Positions 17,497-25,240 of a stretch of 34,309 nucleotides of DNA are shown piece after piece. Below the pieces are notes generated by a model. That model made no database searches, had not been told where the DNA came from, and was given only the letters and a program-made list of their open reading frames with translations. The position numbers and the translations under genes are program-made. Position 1 is the first letter of the stretch. Each line of letters starts with the position of its first letter. This stretch comes from Clostridiales bacterium. Its GTDB lineage: Bacteria > Bacillota > Sulfobacillia > UBA995. The stretch is from contig DOZU01000206.1 in the NCBI GenBank assembly GCA_003517845.1, forward strand, positions 1 to 34,309. Direction: 5' to 3'.

Positions 17497-17525
17497 TTGC
17501 CAAGCCCGACAATATGTCGCAAAAT
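17497..17525 (+). promoter_or_regulatory. possible promoter TTGCCA - 17 nt - CAAAAT for the OPT operon
   Basis: Hexamers with 17-nt spacing, about 55 nt upstream of the OPT start. Both are weak matches. Confidence 0.25.
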
Positions 17526-17581
17526 TCGTGGTGGACCAATGATGATGAGGATGAAGCGATGACGGAGAGGGGGCATGCAGT

Positions 17582-19210
17582 TTGGAGATCGAGCAGGTTC
17601 GAGCAGGGGAACGACTGCCCGACTATGTGCCGGAGATCCCCGATCGGCACCCGTCGCTATTCGAGACTTTCCCGTTCCTCCTGAACGCGGCGCTTGCCGC
17701 GGTGGGCGCCATCGTCGGCATGCACCTCATCACCACCCTTGGCATTTCCACCAACACGTCGATCCTCGGCGCGCTGGTGGCCATCGCCATAGCCCGCGTG
17801 CCGCTGGCCGCAATCTTGCCGTTCAAGTCGGTGCAACAGCAGAATCTGATCCAGAGCACCATATCTTCAGCCACCTTCGGGGCCGCCAACTGCCTGCTGA
17901 TCCCCATCGGCATACCCTTCGTCATGGGGAGGCCCGAACTGGTAACGCCGATGCTGATCGGGGCAGCCATCGGCATGTTCTTCGGTACTACCATGCTATA
18001 CCTGCAGTTCGATTCTCGGACCTTCCCGGCCAAGGGCATCTGGCCGCCGGGAGTCGCCACCGCCGAGGCGATCATCGCCGGGGACCGCGGCGGTCGCCGC
18101 GCACTCGTACTCCTGGGCGGGACGGTCCTCGGCGCTCTGGGCGCCTACTTGCGGATACCCATGTCCGCCTTCGGCGTCGGCTTCATCGGTAACATCTGGG
18201 CGTTGAGCATGTTCGGCATCGGCCTGCTCATCCGGGGCTACAGCGTGCCCGTGGCGGGCATCAATGTGATGGCGCACTACTTGCCGCACGGCATGATGGT
18301 GGGAGCCGGCCTCATCGCCCTGGTACAGGTCGTGATGATCCTGGTTCAGGGCAAGCGGAGCCTGGCCGGTCAGACCGATGAAGAGCACACGGTGAGCGAC
18401 CGGCAGCTCGGGCGCTCCTTCGGGTACGGCTACGGGGTATTCGTGGTCGGGGCGATCGTCATGGCCATCCTGGCCGGGCTGGTGGCCGAGATGCCGGCGG
18501 CACAGTTCATTGGCTGGGTGATCTTCGCCGGGGCGGCCGCCGTAATCGGCCAGCAACTCGTCGGCCTGGCGGCCATGCACTCCGGCTGGTTCCCCGCCTT
18601 CGCCGTGGCCCTCATCTTCCTGGTCCTGAGCATCCTCATGGGGTTCCCGCCCCTGGCCAGCGCCTTCCTCGTGGGTTACGTCGCCTCGGTGAGTCCGGCT
18701 TTCGCCGACACCGGCTACGACTTCAAGGCCGGCTGGATCCTGCGGGGACAGGGTAAGAACCGGAAGTTCGAACTGGAAGGCCGCAGGGAGCAGTTCCGGG
18801 CGGAGATGCTGGGACTGGTGGTCGCCCTGGTGATGGTCATCCTGTTCTGGCGCGGCTATTTCGAGCGAGACCTGCTGCCGCCCGTGGTCCGGGTATATGC
18901 GGCGACCATCGCCGCCGGGATCGATCCGGGCGTGCTCCGCAACATAATGCTGTGGGCCATCCCCGGTGCGGTCCTGCAGGCCGTCGGCGGTCCGGCCCGA
19001 CAAATGGGGATCTTGCTGGCGACCGGCCTCTTGATCCCGAGCCCCCTGGGCGGCTGGGCGGTGCTTGCAGCCATCGCCATCCGACTCATCGCCACCAGGC
19101 TATATGGGGCTGCCGCCCAATCCTACCTCAACATCTTCGGCGCCGGGACGATCGCCGGCGACGCGCTGTTCGGGTTCTTCAACGCCATCGTCCGCATCCG
19201 GTTGCGCTGA
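17582..19210 (+). CDS. OPT-superfamily (oligopeptide-transporter-like) membrane protein
   Basis: A polytopic protein. NLIQSTISSATFGAANCLLIPIG...WPPGVATAEAI...GMMVGAG is the pattern of bacterial OPT-family transporters. Confidence 0.7.
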   Translation: MEIEQVRAGERLPDYVPEIPDRHPSLFETFPFLLNAALAAVGAIVGMHLITTLGISTNTSILGALVAIAIARVPLAAILPFKSVQQQNLIQSTISSATFGAANCLLIPIGIPFVMGRPELVTPMLIGAAIGMFFGTTMLYLQFDSRTFPAKGIWPPGVATAEAIIAGDRGGRRALVLLGGTVLGALGAYLRIPMSAFGVGFIGNIWALSMFGIGLLIRGYSVPVAGINVMAHYLPHGMMVGAGLIALVQVVMILVQGKRSLAGQTDEEHTVSDRQLGRSFGYGYGVFVVGAIVMAILAGLVAEMPAAQFIGWVIFAGAAAVIGQQLVGLAAMHSGWFPAFAVALIFLVLSILMGFPPLASAFLVGYVASVSPAFADTGYDFKAGWILRGQGKNRKFELEGRREQFRAEMLGLVVALVMVILFWRGYFERDLLPPVVRVYAATIAAGIDPGVLRNIMLWAIPGAVLQAVGGPARQMGILLATGLLIPSPLGGWAVLAAIAIRLIATRLYGAAAQSYLNIFGAGTIAGDALFGFFNAIVRIRLR

Positions 19211-19301
19211 GCAAGGGGGGCCGGGAGGGGGTTCTGTCCTGAACACGCCTGTGGCTAGTTCAGGGCGGGCCCCCTCCCTGGCGTTTGAGGAGGGGGCCGC
19301 A

Positions 19302-19985
19302 ATGACCGTGTCCCGCCCGTGGATCGGGCTGATTCGGGTGTTGACCACCGATGACCCCGGCGTGTTGGGCGCGCATGAGCGCCTGCTCCGTTTGGCCTAC
19401 CCGGGGCTTGCGGTGAGGACGGCCTGCATTCCCGATCAGCCGCGCGGGGTTCATGACGAGGTCTCGCTGGCGGCGGCTGCGCCGAAAGTAGCCCGACTGG
19501 CCGGGGAGTTGGCCGAGGGCGGAGCGGCCGCCGTGATCATCAGTTGCTGCGCCGATCCCGGTCTGGAGTTGTGCCGGGCTGCGGTCAGCGTGCCGGTCAT
19601 CGGTGCCGGCAGGGCGGCGGCCGCGATGGCGCTGCTCCCGGGAGGGCCGGTGGGTGTGCTCGGTCTCACGACCGAGGTCCCGCTGCCGGTTGTCCAGGTG
19701 CTGGGTCGGGCGCTGCACCGGTCGGCCGCGCCTCACGGCGTGCGGACCACCTTGGACCTCATGAAGGCGGACGCCATGGACGCCTGCATCAAGGCTGCCC
19801 GCGAGTTGAGGGCCGCGGGAGCAAGGGTGATCCTGGTGGCATGTACGGGGATGTCCACCGCCGGCGTGACCGCTCGTTTGCGCCAGGAGCTGTCGCTGCC
19901 GGTGATCGACCCGGTCCTGGCTGCCGGCGGGGCCGCCATCACGATGCTGGCTCACGAGGGGGTGATCGCCGGTTGCGCGAGTTGA
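19302..19985 (+). CDS. Asp/Glu/hydantoin-racemase-superfamily protein 1
   Basis: IGLIRVLTTDD...AAVIISCCADPGL...VIGAG...VILVACTGMS...LPVIDPV. Both Cys motifs are present. GAGGAGGGGG lies 5 nt before the ATG at 19302, and the ORF-track start at 19065 overlaps the OPT gene. Confidence 0.75.
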   Translation: MTVSRPWIGLIRVLTTDDPGVLGAHERLLRLAYPGLAVRTACIPDQPRGVHDEVSLAAAAPKVARLAGELAEGGAAAVIISCCADPGLELCRAAVSVPVIGAGRAAAAMALLPGGPVGVLGLTTEVPLPVVQVLGRALHRSAAPHGVRTTLDLMKADAMDACIKAARELRAAGARVILVACTGMSTAGVTARLRQELSLPVIDPVLAAGGAAITMLAHEGVIAGCAS

Positions 19986-21058
19986 CCCGGGCGGATGTGG
20001 AAGCGGCCGTGGTCGGCGGGGCCCTGCTGGGCGGTGGAGGCGGCGGTTGGCCGGCCGATGGGCGCCGGCTGGGAGCGCTCGCCGTCAGCATGGGTCGGCC
20101 CACGCTCGCCTCGATCGAGGAGTTGCCGGCCGATGCCCTGGTCTTCACCGTGTCCCTGGTGGGCGCGCCGGCCGCAACCGAGCGCTATCTCGAACCGATC
20201 GATCATCTGCGGGCGGTGGAACTGGCGATCGATGCCGCCGGCTGCCGGCCGGCCGCCTTCATCGCCAATGAAAACGGGGCGACGGCCACCGTAAACGGCT
20301 GGTTGCAGTCGGCCTGTCTGGGTTTGCCCGTCCTGGATGCTCCCTGTAATGGCCGGGCGCACCCGACGGGGACGATGGGGGCGATGGGTCTGCACCGGCG
20401 GGCGGGATACGTGTCGATCCAGGCCGCGGTCGGCGGCGACCACCGCCGGGACCGACACGTGGAACTGGCGGTGCGAGGTCCCTTACCCCTGGCCGATGCC
20501 CTGGTCAGGCAGGCGGCGGTGCACGCCGGCGGGCTGGTCGCGGTGGCCCGGAACCCGGTGGAGGTGGGCTACCTCAAGGAGCACGCCGCGCCCGGGGGGA
20601 TAAGCCAGGCCATCGCCGTCGGCAAGCTGCTAATCGAATCGCCTCCGGGCGAGCGGGCGGAGGCGGTGGCCAGCCGGCTCGGAGGCACGGTCGTCGCCCG
20701 GGGACGGGTGGGGTCGTACCGGCTGGAAACCCGGGGAGGATTTGACGTCGGCCGGATGGAAGTCGCATCGGACCAAGGCACTTTCCGACTGACCATATGG
20801 AACGAGTACATGACCATGGACGGACCGGGAGGACGCCTGGCGACTTTCCCCGACCTGATCGCCACGCTGGACCGCGAGGGCTGGCCGCTGATCAGCGCCG
20901 CGATCGAGGAGGGGACGGACCTCGACTTGCTGATCGCGCCGGCCGGGCGGCTGGTGCTGGGAGCGGGCATGCGCGACCCGGAACTATTTCGGCTGGTGGA
21001 GGAGGCGGTGGGCGAGCCAATGCTCGCCCATGCCTTTCCCGGATTCGGAGGTGGATGA
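19973..21058 (+). CDS. DUF917-family protein
   Basis: LTRADVEAAVVGGALLGGGGGG...FIANENGATATVNGW...PVLDAPCNGRAHP...TIWNEYM. The poly-Gly and ENGG-like motifs are typical of DUF917. The start is uncertain (TTG 19973 or 19982, or GTG 19997). The ORF-track start at 19544 runs in another frame through the racemase gene. Confidence 0.65.
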   Translation: MRELTRADVEAAVVGGALLGGGGGGWPADGRRLGALAVSMGRPTLASIEELPADALVFTVSLVGAPAATERYLEPIDHLRAVELAIDAAGCRPAAFIANENGATATVNGWLQSACLGLPVLDAPCNGRAHPTGTMGAMGLHRRAGYVSIQAAVGGDHRRDRHVELAVRGPLPLADALVRQAAVHAGGLVAVARNPVEVGYLKEHAAPGGISQAIAVGKLLIESPPGERAEAVASRLGGTVVARGRVGSYRLETRGGFDVGRMEVASDQGTFRLTIWNEYMTMDGPGGRLATFPDLIATLDREGWPLISAAIEEGTDLDLLIAPAGRLVLGAGMRDPELFRLVEEAVGEPMLAHAFPGFGGG

Positions 21059-21062
21059 AGCC

Positions 21063-21824
21063 ATGGGTCTTCGGGTGATGCCGGCGCGAGAATTCGCCCC
21101 GGCATCCGCTGTCAAGCCCCTTCCCGGGCTGGCGGACCAGCCCCGGCGCATTGGCGCCATCACCATCGGCCAGTCGCCACGCGCCGACGTGATCCCCGAG
21201 ATGACGCCGTTCTTTGGCCAGGACGTCGACATCGTGGAGCGCGGACTGCTGGATGGGAGGAGTGCGCCCGAGATTCAAGCCATGAAGCCGCCGCCGGGCG
21301 AGGCGGTCCTCGTCAGCCGATTGCGGGACGGGACGGAGGTGTCCATCTCCGCCGGATGGGCCAGAGAGGCGCTGCCCGCCGCCATCGCGGAACTAGAGGA
21401 GCTGGGCTGTTACTTGATCGTGCTCCTGTGCACCGGCGAGTTTCCCGGGTTGTCTTCCCGAATACCGCTGGTCTTGCCGCAGCGGCTCCTGTTCCATACC
21501 GTCAGCGCCCTGGCGCGCGAACTGCACCTGGGCGTGATCGTGCCCTCACCCCTTCAGATATCCGGTGCCACCGCGCGGTGGCGGCCGGCGGCGGCAAGGG
21601 TCACGGCGGTCTCGGGCTCGCCTTACGGCGAAGGACGAGAGCTGGATGCCGCCGCCCGGAGGCTGGCGGTGGAGGGGGTGGACATCGTGGTCCTCGACTG
21701 CATGGGGCACGCTATGCGGCACCGGGCACTGGTCCAAGGAGTGGTCGGCCGGCCCGTGATATTGGCCCGGACGCTGGTAGCGCGGGTTCTGGGCGAACTC
21801 CTGGGAGCCGCTCCCACCCCATGA
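21063..21824 (+). CDS. AroM-family protein
   Basis: IGAITIGQSPRADVIPEM...VLLCTGEF...GVIVPSPLQ...VDIVVLDCMGHAMRHRALV...PVILARTLVARVLGELL. This aligns by eye with E. coli AroM (ILTIGVVP...IMLDCLGFHQRHRDLL...VLLSNVLIARLAAELL). GGAGGTGGA lies 7 nt before the ATG. Confidence 0.7.
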   Translation: MGLRVMPAREFAPASAVKPLPGLADQPRRIGAITIGQSPRADVIPEMTPFFGQDVDIVERGLLDGRSAPEIQAMKPPPGEAVLVSRLRDGTEVSISAGWAREALPAAIAELEELGCYLIVLLCTGEFPGLSSRIPLVLPQRLLFHTVSALARELHLGVIVPSPLQISGATARWRPAAARVTAVSGSPYGEGRELDAAARRLAVEGVDIVVLDCMGHAMRHRALVQGVVGRPVILARTLVARVLGELLGAAPTP

Positions 21825-22549
21825 CCGCTTCGATCCGGCTCAAGGTCATCGTCCCCGTCACCTTCCCGGGCTGGGACGCCGATGTGGCAGCGATCTGCCG
21901 CTCGGCGGCCGACACTGCCACGCGGATCGAAGTGGTACACCTTGCCCGGGGGCCGGCGTCGATAGAATCGATGTTCGATGAAGAGTGGGCTGCTCTCCCC
22001 ATCCTGGAAGCCGTCGCTGCGGCGGCCCGGGACTGCGACGCGGTCGTCATCTACTGCTTCGGCAATCCTGCCCTGGAGGCCGCCAAGGAGGCGGTCACCA
22101 TCCCCGTGGTCGGGCTGGGGGAGGCGGCTCAGGTGGCGGCAATGCCGCTAGGGGAGCGACTGGGCATCCTGGCTACCCTGTCCGGCACGGTCGGCCGTCA
22201 CTGGCGCAAGGCTCGAGCCTCGGGCACGGCGTCCAAGCTGGTGTCGATCCGCGCCCTGGACATCCCCGTGCTCGACCTGGGCGATTTCAGCCGGGTGCGG
22301 GAGCGGGCGCTCAGCGTGGTCGAGCGGATGGTGACGGAAGATGGCATCGACGTACTCATCCTCGGCTGCGGGTCGATGGTGAACCTGGCCCCGGCGCTGG
22401 AGCCGGCGTTCGGCTTGCCGGTGGTGGTGCCGGGACTTGCCGCCGTGAAGCTGGCGGAACTATATGCACGGGCGGGCCTTGCGCAAAGCAGGCGCGCCTA
22501 TCCCCTCCCCCGCGAGAAGGAAAGGACGGACATGCATGGACTGGATTGA
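21821..22549 (+). CDS. Asp/Glu/hydantoin-racemase-superfamily protein 2 (HyuE-like)
   Basis: IRLKVIVPV...AVVIYCFGNPALEAAKE...PVVGLGEAA...VLILGCGSM...LPVVVPGLAAVK. The ATG at 21821 overlaps the AroM stop (ATGA). Confidence 0.75.
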   Translation: MTASIRLKVIVPVTFPGWDADVAAICRSAADTATRIEVVHLARGPASIESMFDEEWAALPILEAVAAAARDCDAVVIYCFGNPALEAAKEAVTIPVVGLGEAAQVAAMPLGERLGILATLSGTVGRHWRKARASGTASKLVSIRALDIPVLDLGDFSRVRERALSVVERMVTEDGIDVLILGCGSMVNLAPALEPAFGLPVVVPGLAAVKLAELYARAGLAQSRRAYPLPREKERTDMHGLD

Positions 22550-23579
22550 ACGCGACCGCATCGTCCCCGGGGTGGAGAACATGCTGCGCGCGAACCTCGG
22601 GCTGCGGCCCGGTGAGCGGGTGCTCGTGGTCACCGACGTGTTATCCCCGGACCGTTGGCGCGAGTATGCGAGCGGTGACCTGGAAGGGATGCTCCGCCGC
22701 TCTTATCTGGCCCGCCTGGTAACAGAGGTCGCCGCAGCATCGTTCCCCGAGAGTCGAGTAGATTTCTACGCCTTCGAAGCCACGTGCCAGTCGGGCAAGG
22801 AACCGCCCCCGCCGGCCGCCGCCAGATTCAAGGAGACGGACGTCCTGGTGGCCATCGTCTCTTTCTCCTTGAGCCACACCGCCGCCCGGGAGGAGGCATG
22901 CCGGGCAGGGGTGCGAGTTGCCAGCATGCCGCGGTTCATCCCCGAGATGTTCTACCCGGGCGGGCCGATGGCGGTGGACTACACGGCCATCGCTGCGGAG
23001 ACGGGGATGATCGCCGCGTGGCTGACCGCCGCCGACAGCGCCGCCGTACGTTCGCCGGACGGGACCGACCTTCGCTTCAGCCTGCGGGAGCGGCAAGGGT
23101 TGAACGACAACGGACTGTACACTGCCGCCGGTTCCTGGGGCAATCTGCCGGCCGGGGAAGCCTACGTTGCTCCCGTCGAAGGGTCCGCGGAGGGCCGCAT
23201 CGTGGTCCGCCGCCGGTGGTTCCCCGGGCTGGAGGAGGAGGACCTCGTCCTGTCCTTCGAGCGGGGGGAAGTGGTCAAGGTGACGGGTGGCGGTGATGTG
23301 GGCCGCAAGCTCGGTGTCTTTCTTGGTCTGGGGGGTACGGGAGGGCGCGCCCGCCGGCAGCTCGCCGAACTCGGGGTCGGCACCAACCCCAACGCCCGGC
23401 GGACGGACATCGTGCTCGAGGCGGAGAAGATCCGCGGCACGGTACACCTGGCCATCGGCGATAACAGCCACATGGGCGGACGCAACGCGGCGGACTTCCA
23501 CCAGGACTACGTCATCCCCGAGGCGGAACTCATCCTGGATGGGGTGACGCGGATGAAAGGCGGCAGGCTATTGCCGTAG
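22536..23579 (+). CDS. M29-family (aminopeptidase T/S-like, COG2309-type) protein 1
   Basis: LGLRPGERVLVVTD...GTDLRFSL...NLPAGEAYVAPVEGSAEGRIVV...GTVHLAIGDN. Confidence 0.65.
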   Translation: MDWIERDRIVPGVENMLRANLGLRPGERVLVVTDVLSPDRWREYASGDLEGMLRRSYLARLVTEVAAASFPESRVDFYAFEATCQSGKEPPPPAAARFKETDVLVAIVSFSLSHTAAREEACRAGVRVASMPRFIPEMFYPGGPMAVDYTAIAAETGMIAAWLTAADSAAVRSPDGTDLRFSLRERQGLNDNGLYTAAGSWGNLPAGEAYVAPVEGSAEGRIVVRRRWFPGLEEEDLVLSFERGEVVKVTGGGDVGRKLGVFLGLGGTGGRARRQLAELGVGTNPNARRTDIVLEAEKIRGTVHLAIGDNSHMGGRNAADFHQDYVIPEAELILDGVTRMKGGRLLP

Positions 23580-23623
23580 GGGCCCTGGTTGACGCGAGAT
23601 TTCTCAGGAGGGATCGGCAAGCC

Positions 23624-24688
23624 ATGGAACTGGCAACGGGGACCGAACCGCGCCCCGAGTACCTCGCATTCGAGTTGGCCGGGGCCGCTCGTAAACTGGT
23701 CGAAGGCGTCATGCTCGTCCGTCCCGGGGAGAATGTGGTCATCACCGCCGATACCGCAGCCGATTGGCGGGTGGTGGAGGCGACGGCGCAAGCCGCCCAT
23801 GCCGCCGGCGCCATCGCCACCGTCCTCCTCTATGAGACCCGGCCCACCGCGGTGGTCGAGCCACCGGCCCCGGTGGCGGCGGCGGTCGCGCGGTCCAATG
23901 TATGGATCGAGTTCGCTTACGCCTATGTGCTGCACACTCCCGCTTTCCGCGCCGCCATGACTGCCGGGTCAAGGTACATCTGCCTGACGGGCATGGACGT
24001 TCCGATGATGGTGAATACGATCGGCAGGGTGGACTACCCCCGGCTGATCGCGCTGGGCGAGACGCTCCGCGGGTTGGTGGAAGCGGCCGACGAGGTGCGA
24101 GTATCCAGCCCTGGCGGGACCGACCTGTTAGCCTACAACCGCGGCCGGAAGGTCCGGCAATCCGGCAAGTTGGCCGATACCCGCGGCGAACCGATCATGC
24201 TGGGCGGCCAGGTATCCTGGTGCCCCATGGAAGAGACCATCCAGGGACGGCTGGTGTTTGACGGCGCCCTGTGGCCTCCGATGGAACTCGGGCTGCTCCG
24301 GGAGCCGGTGACCCTGACCCTGGAGAAGGGCGCGATCGTCGCCATCGACGGCGGTAGCGAGGCGCGGACCTTCGAACGTTGGCTCCGAAGCTTCCGCGAC
24401 GAGAAGATGCTCTGGCTCGCCCACTACTCGCTCGGCTTCAATCCCGGGGTGACCCGGCCGACCGGGCGGATCGTGGAGGACGAGCGGGTGTTCGGCTGCA
24501 TCGAGTTCGGGTTCGGCAGCCAGGGAGCGCAGATCCGGGGCAAGACCTGGTCCGCCGCTTCGCACACCGACGGCGTGGTGCTCGCCCCGTCCATCTATCT
24601 CGACGGCGTTCCCTTGGAAGTGGAAGGCGCCTATGTACACCCGCAGGTCGTCGCCGCCTGCCGGGCACTGGCGCTCCCCGGATACTGA
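23624..24688 (+). CDS. M29-fold protein 2, NicX (2,5-dihydroxypyridine dioxygenase)-like branch
   Basis: VRPGENVVITADT...GGTDLLAYN...GRLVFDGAL...LAHYSLGFNPG...ASHTDGVVLAPSIYLDG. The C-terminal His motifs resemble NicX as I recall it (HIGWGL..., HLDIPLRNCDIYLDD). AGGAGGGA RBS upstream. Confidence 0.55.
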   Translation: MELATGTEPRPEYLAFELAGAARKLVEGVMLVRPGENVVITADTAADWRVVEATAQAAHAAGAIATVLLYETRPTAVVEPPAPVAAAVARSNVWIEFAYAYVLHTPAFRAAMTAGSRYICLTGMDVPMMVNTIGRVDYPRLIALGETLRGLVEAADEVRVSSPGGTDLLAYNRGRKVRQSGKLADTRGEPIMLGGQVSWCPMEETIQGRLVFDGALWPPMELGLLREPVTLTLEKGAIVAIDGGSEARTFERWLRSFRDEKMLWLAHYSLGFNPGVTRPTGRIVEDERVFGCIEFGFGSQGAQIRGKTWSAASHTDGVVLAPSIYLDGVPLEVEGAYVHPQVVAACRALALPGY

Positions 24689-24752
24689 CAGGAGGACGAA
24701 TGCGGCGCGCGTCGAAGGACCCGAGCGGGCCGAACCAGGGGAGGTAGGATAC

Positions 24753-25061
24753 ATGCCGGCGCAGAAGGGTTTCTTCGCCTCGTTGTTCGACGTCGAGTTC
24801 TCCGAGCTGATCACCCCGCGCATCATCAGGGTCGTCTTCATGATCGGGCTTGCGTTCACCGGCCTCGCCTCGCTGATGTGGACCTTGACCATGCCGCCCC
24901 TGGCGGGTGGTGCGATCCTGCTGGGCCTCATCTTCTCCGCCCTCTTGTTCCTCGCAGGGGCGATCTGCCTTCGGATCTGGCTCGAGGTCATCATGGTCGT
25001 GTTCCGCATTGCCGACGACCTGCGGGCGGTCCGAGCCTCCGGTCAAGCGCCTCGGGAATAG
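24753..25061 (+). CDS. DUF4282-like small membrane protein
   Basis: GFFASLFDVEFSELITPRIIRVVFMIGL followed by two TM helices and RIWLEVIMVVFRIADDL. GGGGAGGTAGG lies before the ATG at 24753. Confidence 0.6.
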   Translation: MPAQKGFFASLFDVEFSELITPRIIRVVFMIGLAFTGLASLMWTLTMPPLAGGAILLGLIFSALLFLAGAICLRIWLEVIMVVFRIADDLRAVRASGQAPRE

Positions 25062-25240
25062 TCGAGGACTGCGCAGTAGACCGCCAGGGCCCGCGGGGCA
25101 CCCCGGGGCATGAAAGCGATGGGGCGCCGGGAGACCTCCTTTTCGTGGTAGGGGTGGCTCGCGATCCATTCGGAGGCAGGGACGGTTGCCACGACCGTGA
25201 TTGCCGCCGCGAGCGGGACCGTGAACAGACTTCGCGGCAA

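Noticed and set aside
19065-19972. N-terminal extensions given by the ORF track for racemase 1 (from 19065) and DUF917 (from 19544)
   Set aside because: The extensions overlap the preceding genes in other frames and are low-complexity. Conserved sequence and good RBSs begin at 19302 and about 19973 respectively. The same reasoning applies to the ORF-track starts at 21356, 22464 and 24633.
25043-25240. 65-aa TTG-initiated ORF directly after the amrS stop on the minus strand (LFTVPLAAAITVVATVPASEW...)
   Set aside because: It has no RBS and no family I can recognise, and it overlaps the 3' end of DUF4282. It could be a fragment of a lost gene, but the evidence is too weak to call. It does not resemble AMMECR1.
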